Shown one piece after another: positions 21,481 through 34,734 of a stretch of DNA of 64,000 bases. Origin of the DNA: Podarcis bocagei (taxonomy: Eukaryota); assembly GCA_964188305.1 (NCBI GenBank), contig OZ076895.1. The stretch is one strand, 5' to 3'. Numbering within the stretch: the first letter of the stretch is position 1; each line of letters starts with the position of its first letter. Both the position numbers and the translations under genes were made by a program. The notes below the pieces were generated by a model. That model searched no databases and was not told where the DNA came from. It saw only the letters and a list, made by a program, of their open reading frames with translations.

Positions 21481-24400
21481 TCGTCCAGGGACCCAGGGGT
21501 AACTTAGGAAGAACAAAGCTGGAAGGAGAGAAGACGAACGAACCCATATCATAAAAATGCTTTCGTTGCAGAAAACTGGCAAGATATAGAATATATAGAG
21601 AATTTAGTTTCGGGCAAGCACTGCAGTTTAGGAGATCTTCATTTGTCTTTTCACTAGGGTGTTGGGGGGTGGCATCATTTAAACTGTAATCACGAGGGTA
21701 GAAAAGCTAACTCCATCTATACTAAATCCTCTTTTAGGTCACAAAATCTGCCTGCTTGTTTATTGGAGTACCACACACACACCCTCCCTCTCACAAAGCT
21801 TCAGGTTGCATCATAAAGATACATCTAAAAGCAATATAAAACCATCATTAAAATATTACTATCAAAAGCTTTCAAGATAAAGGCTAGAACCCCAAACATA
21901 TTTATTATAGAGTAAGGCCCTTTGGGGCTTAGTTTTGGATCAGCATCCATAGGATTACAGGCAAAATGAGCTGTCTTTCGAAAACCAGTTCAGTATAGTG
22001 TTTGCCTAAAGGATAGACCCATTGAAAAAGTAGTCCCATTGAAATCTACGGATTTATGTAGGGTGAATATCACCCTCTGATATTAAGCCTGCAATCCTAA
22101 CACCACTTATCTGGGACTAAGCCCCATTTAATTCAGTAGGAATTACTTCTGAGTAGACATTATTAGAACTGTGCTGTAAGTTAGGTTTTAGAAAAGTGCT
22201 TATTCTCTGGCTTAAACTTTTCTAGGAAACTCTTTCCTTAGTTCTTCTGTAAGTGTTCCTCAACTGCCTTTCCATAATGCTTCAACCATATCATGTCATA
22301 CTAATGCCTGGAGAAAATGTAATCTCAAGGGAAGATAGGGAATTATGATAGACACTTGTCAATAATTGCCTTGCATTTTGATTATACTTCCTTGGAGCAT
22401 TGGAGTTTGGGAGCATTTTATGTGCATCTGCCCCCACAAAAGGGGTGTTTTGGGTAGATTTCAGATATTCATATTGAAATAAGATTCAGGTTAGACTGGA
22501 AGAAGTTCTTCAATTTCTGAATTCCTAAGTAGTAAGCCTTTTATTATATAAAGGGTATCAATTCATATTCTGCCAAACAGTAGAAACTTTTCCTGGACAA
22601 TTCTGAAAGATGTTCTCTAAGGTGTTAAGAGTAATATAGGGCACTAATTTGGACCAAGTCAAGTACCAATAAATTGTTGGGAAGATTGTACATGTGATAC
22701 AAGTAGGGATTTTTGTTATCACACTATGGACAAATAAACTGGCATATATAGGCAGAATCTGGGAAGACTAAAATAATTAATTTAACGCAAATGAAATTTG
22801 AAATTCAAGTAATATGGCTTGGGGCCAAAACAAGAAGATGTTAATGTTAAATTCTGCTTTTAAATTGGAAATACAATGTATTTTTAACCCCTCAGGAAAA
22901 AACAGCTTTCTGTTTAATTACTCTCTTGAAAAGCCTCTTCAGTGTTAAAATCGGAATACCAAGTATGTGAGCAGCCATATATTCTTATGAAAATATAAGA
23001 ATACAGTACAAACCCAAGTGGGGTAATCTTATTTGATACCCAGTTAACATCTACTTGGGATTGGGTTCACGTGACGAGGGGTAGCTAGGGAGAGAATAGG
23101 GAGTGCAGTTTAATATATAGGCAGTAGGTGGCAGTTACAGACTTAGAGCGCTACATCGTTGTCAAACATGAGCTTAAAGATGATGAGCTAGAGAACTGGA
23201 AAGTATAACTAAAGAATTATGTGCTCTGATTGAATAAGAGATGCTCTCTTCCAAAGGTTGATAGGTGGATCTGTTATTTTGTCAGAATGGAAGTTTAGAG
23301 CCGAGTTGTAAGCTTGCTGTGTGTCTCCCCAAAGGCTGACTAAGATGTGGAGTGCATAACACAGACACAATGCTCTCAACTCACCTTTCAGTTTTTGACC
23401 ACAGTTAGTTGAGCACTTGACTGAGTTTTAGTTACGAGCTTGATGTTGCGCCTGTGGCAACGGGTAAAGATCAGGGATGGGGGCTTTCCCCAGCATTCCC
23501 TCACAGGCAACTTTCCAGCCAGTAGTAGGTGAGGCCATGTGGATTTGGCCAGAGACAAAAGCAGATAGCTCCATGGATGTGACTCTTACCTTTGGACAGA
23601 AGGCTACATTCCAGTCACACATCACAAGTTTCTACCCACACAACACTCCATAGTTGATCCAGACAAGCAAGAGGCATTATCACATTTCAAGGACACATTC
23701 CAAACAGGCAAAAGCATTTGAGGCTGATGCAGAGCAGAGCTGGTGGGAGATGTGACTGGGGAAGAAACTAAAAGCCGGATAGTGGGGCCTGGAGCGCTGC
23801 ATTTGGCCTCTCTCCAAGAAGAGAGCTTCCTAGCATTTAAAATCACACCACTACTGTAGCTACTCTCCTTTTACAAGCTTGTGATTTTGCACTGGATTCC
23901 TCATACTGGCTCTACATTTTTAAAAAATAGCTTAACATTTCATGAAATGAAAAATATACCTTTCTTTGGTAACTGAAATGTTCAGTTTGTGAGAAAGGGT
24001 ATATGTTAAATGTTGGTTTTTTTAAATGTGTTTTTTGTAACGGGTTAAAAATGAAAATAAAAGAAGAATTCGCAGAATGCTTAGGTCCAGGTTTTGGGAC
24101 AAATACTCTTGGTGAAAGAGCCCCAGTAGAGATTTATAATCACAAAACATGCAGCAAAATAAAGCGTGGAAATATAGGCTGCTAGACCTTTTAACCCAGT
24201 CAGATATAAAACCAGGTACTGTATTATTATTATTATTACCCTTCTAATTTTCTTTCCCCTAGCTGTCAAAGAGACCACAGGTTTGGTAAATTAAAAATTG
24301 GTTTACTTACAAACTCTTTAAAGGTCAAATTTATGTGCTTTTCCAAGGAGCAGCAAGGAAACACACAGTACAGTTTAGTTTCAAAATTGGTAAATGTTTC

Positions 24401-25123
24401 TAAATTATTTGATAGAAACACAAATATGGCTTGCTTAATTCATGTGGTCTGGGCTTTAAGTGATCAGCCCAGATGCCCTTTCTGGTTGGATTCACATGGT
24501 GGAAGAGAATGAACAAAGGCTTTGCTAACCTTTTCTGCCAAGATGTTGGGGTGGGACCTAGCTAAGCCTGAGAGGACTGTTTACTCCATGGCCTCAACCA
24601 TTAACTAGAGCTAAGCATGCTGGTTATTTGAGGCTGATATTGATCCCACAAAAAGGACATGTCCAGTAAGAATCAAGTTATGATTAAAGAACACAATTTA
24701 CAGACTAGCTTTTGTAAATCAATGAAGCAGGCATCAGAGGATCATGGAGCTGCATGTTAGTTGAAATCACAGTGTAACTGGTTTAGTTTGTATGATAGCT
24801 TTGATGAGAGGAGCTGGATGAGGGAACTATTCTGAAGAAAGCAACTGTAAAATAAAGACGTTTTTATTTATTTACCAAAATGAAATGGCTTAGAAAAATA
24901 TTGTCTATTCAATTTAAATAGGGACAAAATATTTTTATATCATTTTACTTTTATTTTATTTATTTTATTTGTACCCCGCCAATCTGATTGGGTTACCCCA
25001 GCCACTCATAATGCTTTCAGAAGAATGTATAAAGGTAATAATATTTAAAAGTTTGTCTTATACTTTTATACAAGTATATTTGTTATATTTATTACAATTC
25101 CAAATGTGGATTTTTCATTGCAG

Positions 25124-25227
25124 GCCCTGTTGTGTGGTCTGCTAGCTATGCGTCCAGATGATCCACTCAGGTTTTTAGAAGAAAAGCTCAAAGAAGTAAT
25201 GGAAAAAGGTCTATATAGTATTTTATG
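25124..25227 (+). CDS. FBXL13: FBXL13 exon 2
   Basis: cag|ALLCGLLAMRPDDPLRFLEEKLKEVMEKGLYSILW|gtatgt. Dimerization/docking (RIIa/Dpy-30-like) motif. Confidence 0.9.
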
Positions 25228-27097
25228 GTATGTATGATATTTTGTCTGTGTAGACTATAAATAGTGTGGCAAGCTGTAGAATACTGAAATATGGGGAAAT
25301 GTTATTTAGGGTTCAATCCTGAAGTGAGTGGGAATACAAAAAAGTTCTACAGCTTTATCCTACTCTACTGCAGAGATGAAGTGAAAGCAGAGGAATGCTT
25401 TTCTGTTCTTTTTGTTTTGTGTTAATGTTTTTCTTACATTTTTCACTCTAATTGAAAACAAGTCATTGAGTTTGGGGTCGGAGGAACCCAGGAAAAGTAG
25501 TTCTGGTTAACTTCAGCATCCATGGTGAGACCACCTCTAGTTCTACTTCAGATCTCATTACTTCCATGGCAACCATAAGACAGTCTCAAGTTGCCAGTGC
25601 TCCCAACATACAAGACAGAACATATGCCATTGTTCTATATAGTGAGATGGTTGTCTGAATGTAGGGGGCATCTCTGTGACCATCATTGTCATGATCAGTT
25701 CACTTCTAGGTGAGGTTTAGAATTTTGGCATCTACTTCCCCCTGCAGTACTAGTACCATGAAGTGCTCTTGACCTGCTGGTTTAAGCATAATTTCCATGT
25801 AGATGAGACCTTGTGGGAAGGCCCCTCCAGGGACATGTTTTATTTCTGAATTTTCTGCTTAGAAATGCAAATTAAGTCGTATATAGATGTCTTAAAATAG
25901 TAACTAAAATAAATGTACACTTTGAGTCACTACATTGGCAGCCCATGTGTTAAAGTTTGAGATAAGATGAAAGAAACCAGATTGGGAACATAGTGATGAT
26001 GAACTGTAGTTCAATTTCTGAATTGTTTCAGTTTTTAATTGGTTTTGTGCCAAGCAACAAAAGCGATAATTTAAAAGTTATTTCTGCAAGTTATTCTTGG
26101 AGAGTGCTTGAATGTATTTCAGAATTGTTCAGAAATGAGCAATATTTAGAATGGTTCTGTCCAATTTGCCTCATTCCTCCTCCCCAGGCCCGGCAAGGAT
26201 ATGCAGACAGAGGCTTTACATTTTATCTATACAAAAAACTTTTTTCAACATTACCATAGAAGAATTGGAATTGTCAAAATAATGGACTTGTTTAAAATAT
26301 ATAAGCAGTAAAGTTGGATTTTTGGAAAACAGTGTTTCCCATGATGTAGTAACATTTATTGTTTTTATTTCATTCCATAAATATTTAACAGTGGCTGCAT
26401 TCATGTGTAATGATATGCCAGACTTTCTGGCTTATTGCAGTTTATTAGGAATAAGCAGTGTGCTGGTGAATGCTGCCTATTCGTTGCTCCTCTGGCAAGA
26501 GTCCAAGCAAACAAACCAGGAAGCATCATTATTTGTTGCTCCAGGGTTTCAGGCTGGTTAGGATGTAACAGAGGACCAAAGCTTTTAGGTTTGTCTATCC
26601 CAATCACACCAAGGGTGGTATGCACCAGCATGCTGTTTATTCCTAATAAACAGCAAAAGTTTGGCCTATAATTACATACAAATGTGACCAATGTCTCTGA
26701 ACACAACATTAAGTGTTAGTTACCTGAAAAATTGTTTGGGGCACTTCCAAACACACACTTTGAGGTTAGGATTCAGTCACATACTAGTAGAATCAGGTTG
26801 CACAAAATTGATTGAGTTCAGTTGCACAACAAATCTGCTTTCCCTTGTCTCCCATTCAAACTGTTTACAAGGAAAATGACATGGGGAAATGCACTGGAAA
26901 GTGTGGGATAACATCATCTAATTGCAAATAAATCAAAATGAATGCTCAATAAACAGATCATCTGGAAATCACCTTTAAAACTATGGTTCACTAATACAGT
27001 ATAATTTAATAGTGGTGCTATTAGTGTTAACGGAAAATGGAAACTTATGTAATCATGTGATGCATACAAAAAGTAATATTATTATACCCCCCGCCAG

Positions 27098-27191
27098 GGA
27101 CACGTGTATTGATCCAGACCTAAGTCTAAGACTAAAAGCGATTTCAGATACATATTTACACACCCTTTTGGGACTGGATGATGATCAACTA
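27098..27191 (+). CDS. FBXL13: FBXL13 exon 3
   Basis: DTCIDPDLSLRLKAISDTYLHTLLGLDDDQL|gtaagt, with consistent phases. Confidence 0.9.
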
Positions 27192-27562
27192 GTAAGTATT
27201 TCTAAACCTTTTTGGCTAACTCTGAGTGGAGTAAGAACAGTTGCTATCCTCAAATGTATTTTACAAAGAATTATACTTTTTTTTGGATTCATACTTTGCT
27301 TTGTCTGAAAGTATTGAGAGGAAAAAAGATCCCCACTAACAAAGACCTCATAATATAAAGCAGCAGTCCTTAACACAGCTACTCTGTACCCATTAAACTC
27401 AGAGGGACATCTGGATAAACATGATCAAGATTGTGCTGCCAGAAAATATGGCATAAGGAAATAATTTAATAAAATTTCAAGTTAAATCTTACAGTTGGTC
27501 CTTCAGATTGTTGGCATCCTTTTCATTTTAGGTTCTGAAAATGGATTGTGCAATTGGAACAG

Positions 27563-27696
27563 TAAAGCTAAAGCTAAAGGACCCCTGGACGGTTAAGTCC
27601 AGTCAAACTTGACTATGGAGCGCAGCACTCAATCTTACTTCAGGCTGAGGAGCCAGCGTTTGTCCGCAGACAGCTTTCTGGGTCATGTGGCCAGTA
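27563..27696 (-). mobile_element. Sauria SINE 3' fragment
   Basis: Minus strand CTGGCCACATGACCCAGAAAGCTG...GGGGTCCTTTAGCTTTAGCTTTA. Confidence 0.65.
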
Positions 27697-28224
27697 TAGT
27701 TCCCCTGATGGGCAAAAATGCACCACCAATAATTTGGGCTTTCCGGTCCTCTTTTGCTGCCTCATATGGACCTTTTGAGCACATCAGTATTGTGGAGGGC
27801 AGTTTAACCCTTTCATAATCTCAACTAGCAGTAAGTGATTGGAGGGGAAAGTGTGCCCAAAAGAGAGTAGAGGCAGGTGGCTTTTATTTTTTGTTTTTGT
27901 AAAACAATCATGGACAGACACCAGACTTTCGGGTTCAACCTAGTTATTTTACTATAACTCTGAGATCCATTGACCAGAGCAAAGTGCAAAATAGTGGCAG
28001 GAAAGAGGGCAGCATATTCTGAACTAAAAGGCAGGATGTTTCTGAGCAAGCCCATTCTCAGCTTAGTCCAGGATTTTATTTTCTATACCAAAGCTAACTT
28101 CAAAGTCCTGTCACAGAAAAATCTATTTCTGTTCCACCCCACTCCACCCCAAAGCTTTTTTTCATCTCAACCACCTAGTTTAGAGGAGGGAAGCCTTTTT
28201 GTGTGTGTCTATAGTTATATAGTT

Positions 28225-28573
28225 GGGACGCGGATGGTGCTGTGGGTTAAACCACTGAGCCTAGGACTTGCTGATCAGAAGGCCAGCGGTTCGAATCCCC
28301 GTGACGGGGTGAACTCCTGTTGCTCAGTCCCTGCTCCTGCCAACCTAGCAGATCGAAAGCACGTAAAAGTGCAAGTAGATAAATAGGTACCGCTCCGGCG
28401 GGAAGGTAAACGGCGTTTCCGTGCGCTGCTCTGGTTCGCCAGAAGCGGCTTAGTCATGCTGGCCACATGACCCGGAAGCTGTACGCCGGCTCCCTCGGCC
28501 AGTAAAGCGAGATGAGCGCCGCAACCCCAGAGTCGGTCACGAATGAACCTAATGGCCCTTTGCCTTTACCTTT
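28225..28573 (+). mobile_element. Sauria SINE (Squam1), full length
   Basis: GGGACGCGG..GTGCTGTGGGTTAAACCAC head, GGTTCGAATCC B box, GTAGATAAATAGGTACC core, (ACCTTT)n tail and TSD ATAGTT. Confidence 0.9.
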
Positions 28574-28682
28574 ATAGTTAAGCAATTTGGAGTCTGAATC
28601 CTTGCTGATCTACTGCAAGTTACCCAAGAGATCTACCAGTAGATCTTGATCTACCTACCCTGGTGTAAAAGGACAAGAAGTA

Positions 28683-30283
28683 CCGTATTTTTCGCTCTAT
28701 TGGACGCACCGGACCACAGGACGCACCTAGTTTTTAGAGGTGGAAATCAAGGAAAAAAATATTATCCCCCCCCCCAGCCCCAAAGAGCAATGGACAGGCT
28801 ACATGCAGCCTGTCCACTTCTCCCAGAGCTTCTCGGGGCTGCGGGGGAAGCCCGGGTCCCCCCCCCCAGCCCCAAAGAGCAAAGAAGCCAAGACAGTGCG
28901 CGGGATCCATAGCCGCGCAACCTCTCCAGCCAGGAGCTAAACCTCTCCAGTGCAGCTAAAGAAGACAAGGCAGCAAGCGTGATCCATCCCGCTCACTGCC
29001 TTGGCTTCTTCTTTAGCCTTGCACAGCATCTTTAGTCTTGCGCAACGGGATGGATTGCGCCCGCTGTCCACCGGGGCTGGACTAGATGACTCCTGGGGTT
29101 CCCTTCCAACCCTGCAATTCTATGACCTCGGAAGGTGTTTGGGGTCTCCACCACTGGAGGCTTTTAAGCAGCGGTTGGGGGACCATCTGCCTGGCGTTCT
29201 TTAGCTGTGATTCCTACATTGTGAGGGGGCTGGGCTAGATGACCCTTGGGTGGCCCTCCCAACTCTATACAGTCCTACAGTTCTGTGGCAGGAGATCCAC
29301 AGCCACTTCACACAATGCCCACCCCCAATTTTCATCTGAGAGACATGTGTCTCTCAGTACCCCCCCTACCTGCCACACTTCCCCCACCCCACTTAAGCTG
29401 AGGGAATTCCTGCCCAGAGAATCTCCCAGCAATCAAGGAGGAGGAATCCGCTGCAGCCTCCAGCAGCGGAGGATCCATGGTCCCCTTCCTTCTCTCCTCC
29501 GTAGTTGCTTTGAAGCAGGAAAGTGGGAGAGGAGCTGCTTACACGAGTGTAAACTGCCCCCCTCCCACTTTCCTGCTTCAAAGCAATTACGGAGGAGGAA
29601 TCCGCTGAAGCCTCCAGCAGCGGAGGATCCATGGTCCCCTTCCTTCCCTCCTCCGTAGTTGCTTTGAAGGAGGAAAGTGGGAGAGGAGCTGCTTACACGA
29701 GTGTAAGCTGCTCCCCTCCCACTTTGCTGCTTCAAAGGGAGCCCGGGAGGAGGGAATCTGCTGCAGCCTCGAGCAGCGAAGAGGATCCATGGGTCCCCTC
29801 TTTCCCTCCTCTGTGGTTGCTTTGAAGCAGGAAAGTGGGAGAGGAGCTGCTTACACGAGTGTAAGCTGCTCCCCTCCCACATTGCCGCTTCAAAGGGAGC
29901 CCGGGAGGAGGGAATCTGCTGCAGCTTCCCCCAACTCCCGCGGAAGCCGCACGCTCTTTAAAGGGGCTGTGCGGCTTCTCCTGGCTTTTCTGGGAGGTGG
30001 GGGGATTCCCCCACCTCGTAGAAAAGCCCGCAGGAGCCGCGCAGCCTTTAAAGAGGGTGCCGCTCTTGGGGGCTTTTCCCCCAGGAGGGAGAAGGGACTG
30101 CTGCAGCCAGTCAGTCCCGTCTCCCTCCTAGAGAAAAGCCCGCAAGAGCGCACGAAGCTTGTGTGCGGCTCTTGAGGGCTTTTCCCGTCTGCCTCCCCCC
30201 TGCATTCGCTCCATAGGACGCACACACATTTTCCCTTGCTTTTTAGGAGGGAAAAAGTGCGTCCTATGGTGCGAAAAATACGG
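28683..30283. mobile_element. Tc2-like non-autonomous element with ~153-bp hairpin repeats and CR1 3'-tail fragments inside
   Basis: TA|CCGTATTTTTCGC ... GCGAAAAATACGG|TA termini. Confidence 0.85.
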
Positions 30284-30659
30284 TAACTGCCTCTGTGGTT
30301 ATTACTGTTATTACAAATGCATAGGCTCATGTGTATTGTACTTACTTCCTCAAACAATGAACTGCTTTAACAATGGCTGAATTTCCTTTTCCTTCACAAT
30401 CTAAACTATTTCAGTTGCATTGGTTGCATTATTGTTTGATTTCATGCAATCAGAATATTGTAACAGCTGACGATGGAAGTGAAGTTAGTTATAATTATCT
30501 GGAGGGGGCCGAATCTAGTGTTCAATCTCTTAACATAACTGTCAACAAATGTACAATTACATTTTACAATTAATTATATGACAATACCAACATAGAAAGT
30601 TTTACTTGTGTACATATTCTCCATTTTGATGCAATTTTATTTATGCATTTACATTTTAG

Positions 30660-30727
30660 ATGACTGAGGATTTATGTGATAAAGCATGGGACTTTTATAG
30701 CATTAACTTAAAGAGAATGTGCTTTGA
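30660..30727 (+). CDS. FBXL13: FBXL13 exon 4
   Basis: MTEDLCDKAWDFYSINLKRMCF, compared with recalled human MTPELMIKACSFYTGHLVKTHF. Flanked by ag and gtaagt. Confidence 0.9.
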
Positions 30728-31034
30728 GTAAGTATTTGGTTACCTTTAGCGTATAAAAACATTACGTGTACTTCATTTCCAATTCAACATGATCACATAC
30801 TAAATAGGCTATTTAGTGCAAAGTCACATATTGGGTAGTCATGGCATTTTAAGAAAAATGTTAGAAAAAATATATTGTTCCTTCGATTTGCTCCTTACAT
30901 TTTGTTTGAATTAATATATATATATTGATGTATATATTCCCCATATGCTTCCTATGAAATTATATTTTCCCATTTTCTTTCATTCAGGTAAAAACTTCAT
31001 TAATATATTGTTTATTGTGGCTTAATAATTGCAG

Positions 31035-31189
31035 TGCCTGGATAGAGTATTGTTCTATGAGGAAAATTTCTAGGGAAATTTTTCAGAGAAAGATGGCTTT
31101 TGCAAAACACTTCTATGAACAAAAACAATTAAAATTAAGGTTACAGCAGTGGAGAGATTGGGTGAAGTTTCGCCATGAACAACACAAAA
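31035..31189 (+). CDS. FBXL13: FBXL13 exon 5
   Basis: AWIEYCSMRKISREIFQRKMAFAKHFYEQKQLKLRLQQWRDWVKFRHEQHK, phase 2 to 1. Confidence 0.88.
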
Positions 31190-31893
31190 GTAAGTCTAGC
31201 ACTAACAGGTGGCCAATTTGGTTACAACTATTTACTGTCTCATAGATCGCAACAGGTGCTGCTTGGGCCTCTTGAACAGTACCATTAGATGTATTTTCAA
31301 AATGTGAGATTCATTTTGACAGTGGAATTTGACTCACTATAATTGGTTTTATTTGACTGCTACAAAGTCCCAAAAGCATATTTCATTTTTATTCATTACA
31401 GCTTGCCCGGGGTCATTCAAAAATGTATTAGTATAATTCTCTCCCCCCCCCCCACAATGGTTCTTATATCTACTTCACTAGGCTGAAAAACCTTCTGTTA
31501 TTTTACCTTAAAGATATAGCTGCTTTTACTAGTAACTGTTTACTTATCCTACATTGTATATCAGGCAACGGTTAAAGATGAGATTTCTATCAAATGACAT
31601 CAGTTTTTTATATTTTATATTGTATAGATATGTGTGTGTGTGTATTCCACACACACACAAACAGTCAGCATATGCAACAGAACATGTCTCCAAGCATCTT
31701 CACCAATATGATAAATATGATAAAACATTGGTTGAGTGAGAATACCACTGATATAAACCCTTCTTTCATATCTACGTGTATGAGTAGGCAAATTACAGCA
31801 CCGTAAATCTGAATCCATTTTGTTAAAAAAGAAGGAAATAATACCCAATTTTTCATCAATTTCCTTTGAGGCCTGGTTCAGAAGATCAAATTA

Positions 31894-32459
31894 CCGTATT
31901 TTTCGCTCCATAAGACGCGCCAGACCATAAGGCGCACCTAGTTTTTGGAAGAGGAAAACAAGGAAAAAATATTCTGAATCCCATAAGCCAGAACAGCAAG
32001 CGGGATCGCTGTGCAGTGATCCCGCTTGCTGTCCTGGCTTATGGGATAGCCGCCCGCAGTCTCTCCCGGGCAGCGGGATGAAGGCTCCCACTGCCCAGGA
32101 GAGGCTGCCCGCGGCTAAGCAAGAAGCCAGGACAGCCAGAGGGATCGCAGTGCAGTGATCCCGCTGGCTGTCCTGGCTTATAGGATAGCTGCGAGCAGCC
32201 TGTCCCGGGCAAGGGGAGCCTTCATCCCCTGCCCGGGAGAGGCTGCGCGTGGCTAAGGCTCCCCTAAGAGCCACGCTCCCTTTAATGAGCCGCGTGGAGC
32301 GTATGTGCGGTTCTTGGGGGCTTTTCCCCGAGGAGGGCAGCCCTCCTCCCTCCTCTGCTGAGCAGAGCCTCCTGCCTGCATTCGCTCCATAAGACACACA
32401 CACATTTCCCCTTAATTTTTAGGAGGGGAAAAGTGCGTCTTACAGAGCGAAAAATACGG
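31894..32459. mobile_element. Tc2-like non-autonomous element (third copy, different interior)
   Basis: TA|CCGTATTTTTCGCTCCATAAGACG ... CGTCTTACAGAGCGAAAAATACGG|TA, with internal hairpin repeats. Confidence 0.85.
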
Positions 32460-32961
32460 TAGCCATCTTTATTATGGTTAGTTAAAACAGGGCAGGATAA
32501 AACTGTGGTTTGCTCAGGGTCCCTAATGGAATGCCTGTGGCACCCTAGTGCCCTTGGACACCTCTCCTCTTTGTAAATGCCAAGGCCCCACTACTATTTT
32601 TTTTAAAAAATGTGTTTATTTGACTGTTTATTTGTTGGGGGTTGTCTGCTTTTGGGGGAGGCGTGGCCTGCTTATTTTTGGTTTCGTTTATTTGTTTCTG
32701 AGTATATTTATGTCTTTTACCTGGTTATTTGTGAGTAGATGGGTTCTGAACATCACCAGTTTTTTTGTCAATGAAACTGATATTTTAGAATTCCCATAAC
32801 AGCCCCCAAACTCGAAAAGTTTGGAGAGTGCTGGTTCAGTTAGTGATCACTATCTGAACCAGCTTTGAGAGTCAACCAACTTCCTTGCTTCAGTCAAAAG
32901 GTAATGGAAATTACTGCTTGTTAATAAAGTTCCTGCTTTTCCATTTATGTTGTTTATCCAG

Positions 32962-33071
32962 CAGCAGCAAAGAGGCTTGGGAGAGTCTTTGATTTCTCTT
33001 TACAGATGATTATCTTAAAGGCTTGGCGAAGACAGACTGGCTTTACTAAAAAGGCTAAAAAATACAGTGAG
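32962..33071 (+). CDS. FBXL13: FBXL13 exon 6
   Basis: TAAKRLGRVFDFSLQMIILKAWRRQTGFTKKAKKYSE|gtatgt, phase 1 to 0. Confidence 0.85.
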
Positions 33072-33135
33072 GTATGTTTTCTATGATGTTTTGATTACCT
33101 CTGTTCTCTTCCAATTCATGTTTTAGAAATTCATT

Positions 33136-34025
33136 TTTGTTGTTGTTTAGTCGTGTCTGACTCTTTGTGACCCCATGGCCCAGAGCACGCCAGGCACTCC
33201 TGTCTTCCACTGCCTCCTGCAGTTTGGTCAAACTCATATTGGTAGCTTCGAGAACACTGTCCAACCATCTCGTCCTCTCTCGTCCCCTTCTCCTTGTGCC
33301 CTCCATCTTTCCCAACATCAGGGTCTTTTCCAGGGAGTCTTTTCTTCTCATGAGGTGGCCAAAATATTGGAGCCTCAGCTTCACGATCTGTGCTTCCAGT
33401 GAGCACTCAGGGCTGATTTCCTTCAGAATGGATAGGTTTGATCTTCTTGCAGTCCATGGGACTTTCAAGAGTCTCCTCCAGCACCATAATTCAGAAGCAT
33501 CAATTCTTTGGCGATCAGCCTTCTTTATGGTCCAGCTCTCACTTCCATACATCACTACAGTGGACACTCGGGTTGCGAATGTGATCTGTGCGGGATGCAC
33601 GTTCGCAACTCGCAGTGTTTGCAACTCGCACAGCACGTCGTTGCACGCGCAGGTTGCAATTCGGCACTTCTGCGCATGTGCAAAGTGCGATTTAGCGCTT
33701 CTGTGCATGTGCGACCACCGAAACCTGGAAGTAGCTCGTTCTGGTACGTCCGGGTTTTGGCAGGCCCGTAACCCGAAAAAGCACAACCTGAAGCGTCTGT
33801 AACCCAAGGTATGACTGTACTGGGAAAACCATAGCTTTAACTATACAGACCTTCATCAGCAAGGTGATGTCCCTGCTTTTTAAGACGCTGTCTAGGTTTG
33901 TCATTGCTTTTCTCCCAAGAAGCAGGCGTCTTTTAATTTCGTGACTTCTGTCACCATCTGCAGTGATCATGGAACCCAATAAAGTAAAATCTCTCACTTC
34001 CTCCATTTCTTCCCCTTCTATTTAC
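33136..34025 (-). mobile_element. RTE-BovB LINE, 5'-truncated
   Basis: Minus strand encodes EIKRRLLLGRKAM..VKAMVFP / VMYGSESWTIKKADRQRIDA.ELWCWRRLL.VPWTARRSN, typical of the BovB C-terminus, with a (CAA)n tail. Confidence 0.92.
33558..33817. mobile_element. Tigger-like MITE inserted in BovB
   Basis: TA|CAGTGGACACTCGGGTT ... AACCCAAGGTATGACTG|TA. The BovB sequence is contiguous across it. Confidence 0.85.
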
Positions 34026-34734
34026 TACATTTTTCCAGCTGCTCTGATCTGAGTGGGTATGCACAGTGGAAAGTGTGAAATTAAAAATGCTAGTGAACAA
34101 ATACTGATTCATTTCCATAGAAACTATGTGCCTCATGACTGCCCAGTAGTCCATAGATTAGGAGATTTACAGGTTCAGCACAGATGGGGCAGTTTACACA
34201 GAAAAAAAATTGGCCACCATGATATCTCATTCTGAAACCACTTTGTTTTGCTATAAGACCATGCAGCAGGCTTTACTACAGGTTGGAGGGTGGAAGATTT
34301 AATTTGGCTTAAAAAGTTGGTTAATCCTAACCCTTCACAGTTTCAAAGTTGTAAATAAAAATAGTTTGGGTTTGCTGTGCCCATGTGTTTTCATGTGAAG
34401 GCCTTTTTTCCAGTGCAAATTATATTAGCTGAGAGATATGACAACTAATGGGATCCAAGCTGTAGTGGAAGCGACAGCTTCAAAAAAGCAATTTTCCTCA
34501 TGACCACGGTAGGGGAGGAAAGTTACTTTTCCCTTTGAGGCCTGTTCTGTGCCCATTAATTATCACCTCCCTTAACTGATGAAATTTACATTTAAAAAAA
34601 ATCGTGTTAGATGCAAAGACACATTTAAAGTCTCATGTAGTTTGAGAACTGATTTCTTACATTTGTCAAAACCAGACTGTAGTTTGAATAAAGAAAATGT
34701 TAACTTTGTTGTCCTTTTTGTGTACATTTGGCAG

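Noticed and set aside
23400-23850. Coding-looking stretch in FBXL13 intron 1
   Set aside because: No long uninterrupted frame and no family I recognise. It would need BLASTx.
33055-33807. 250-aa minus-strand ORF as a novel gene
   Set aside because: Chance fusion of MITE sequence with the BovB ORF C-terminus.
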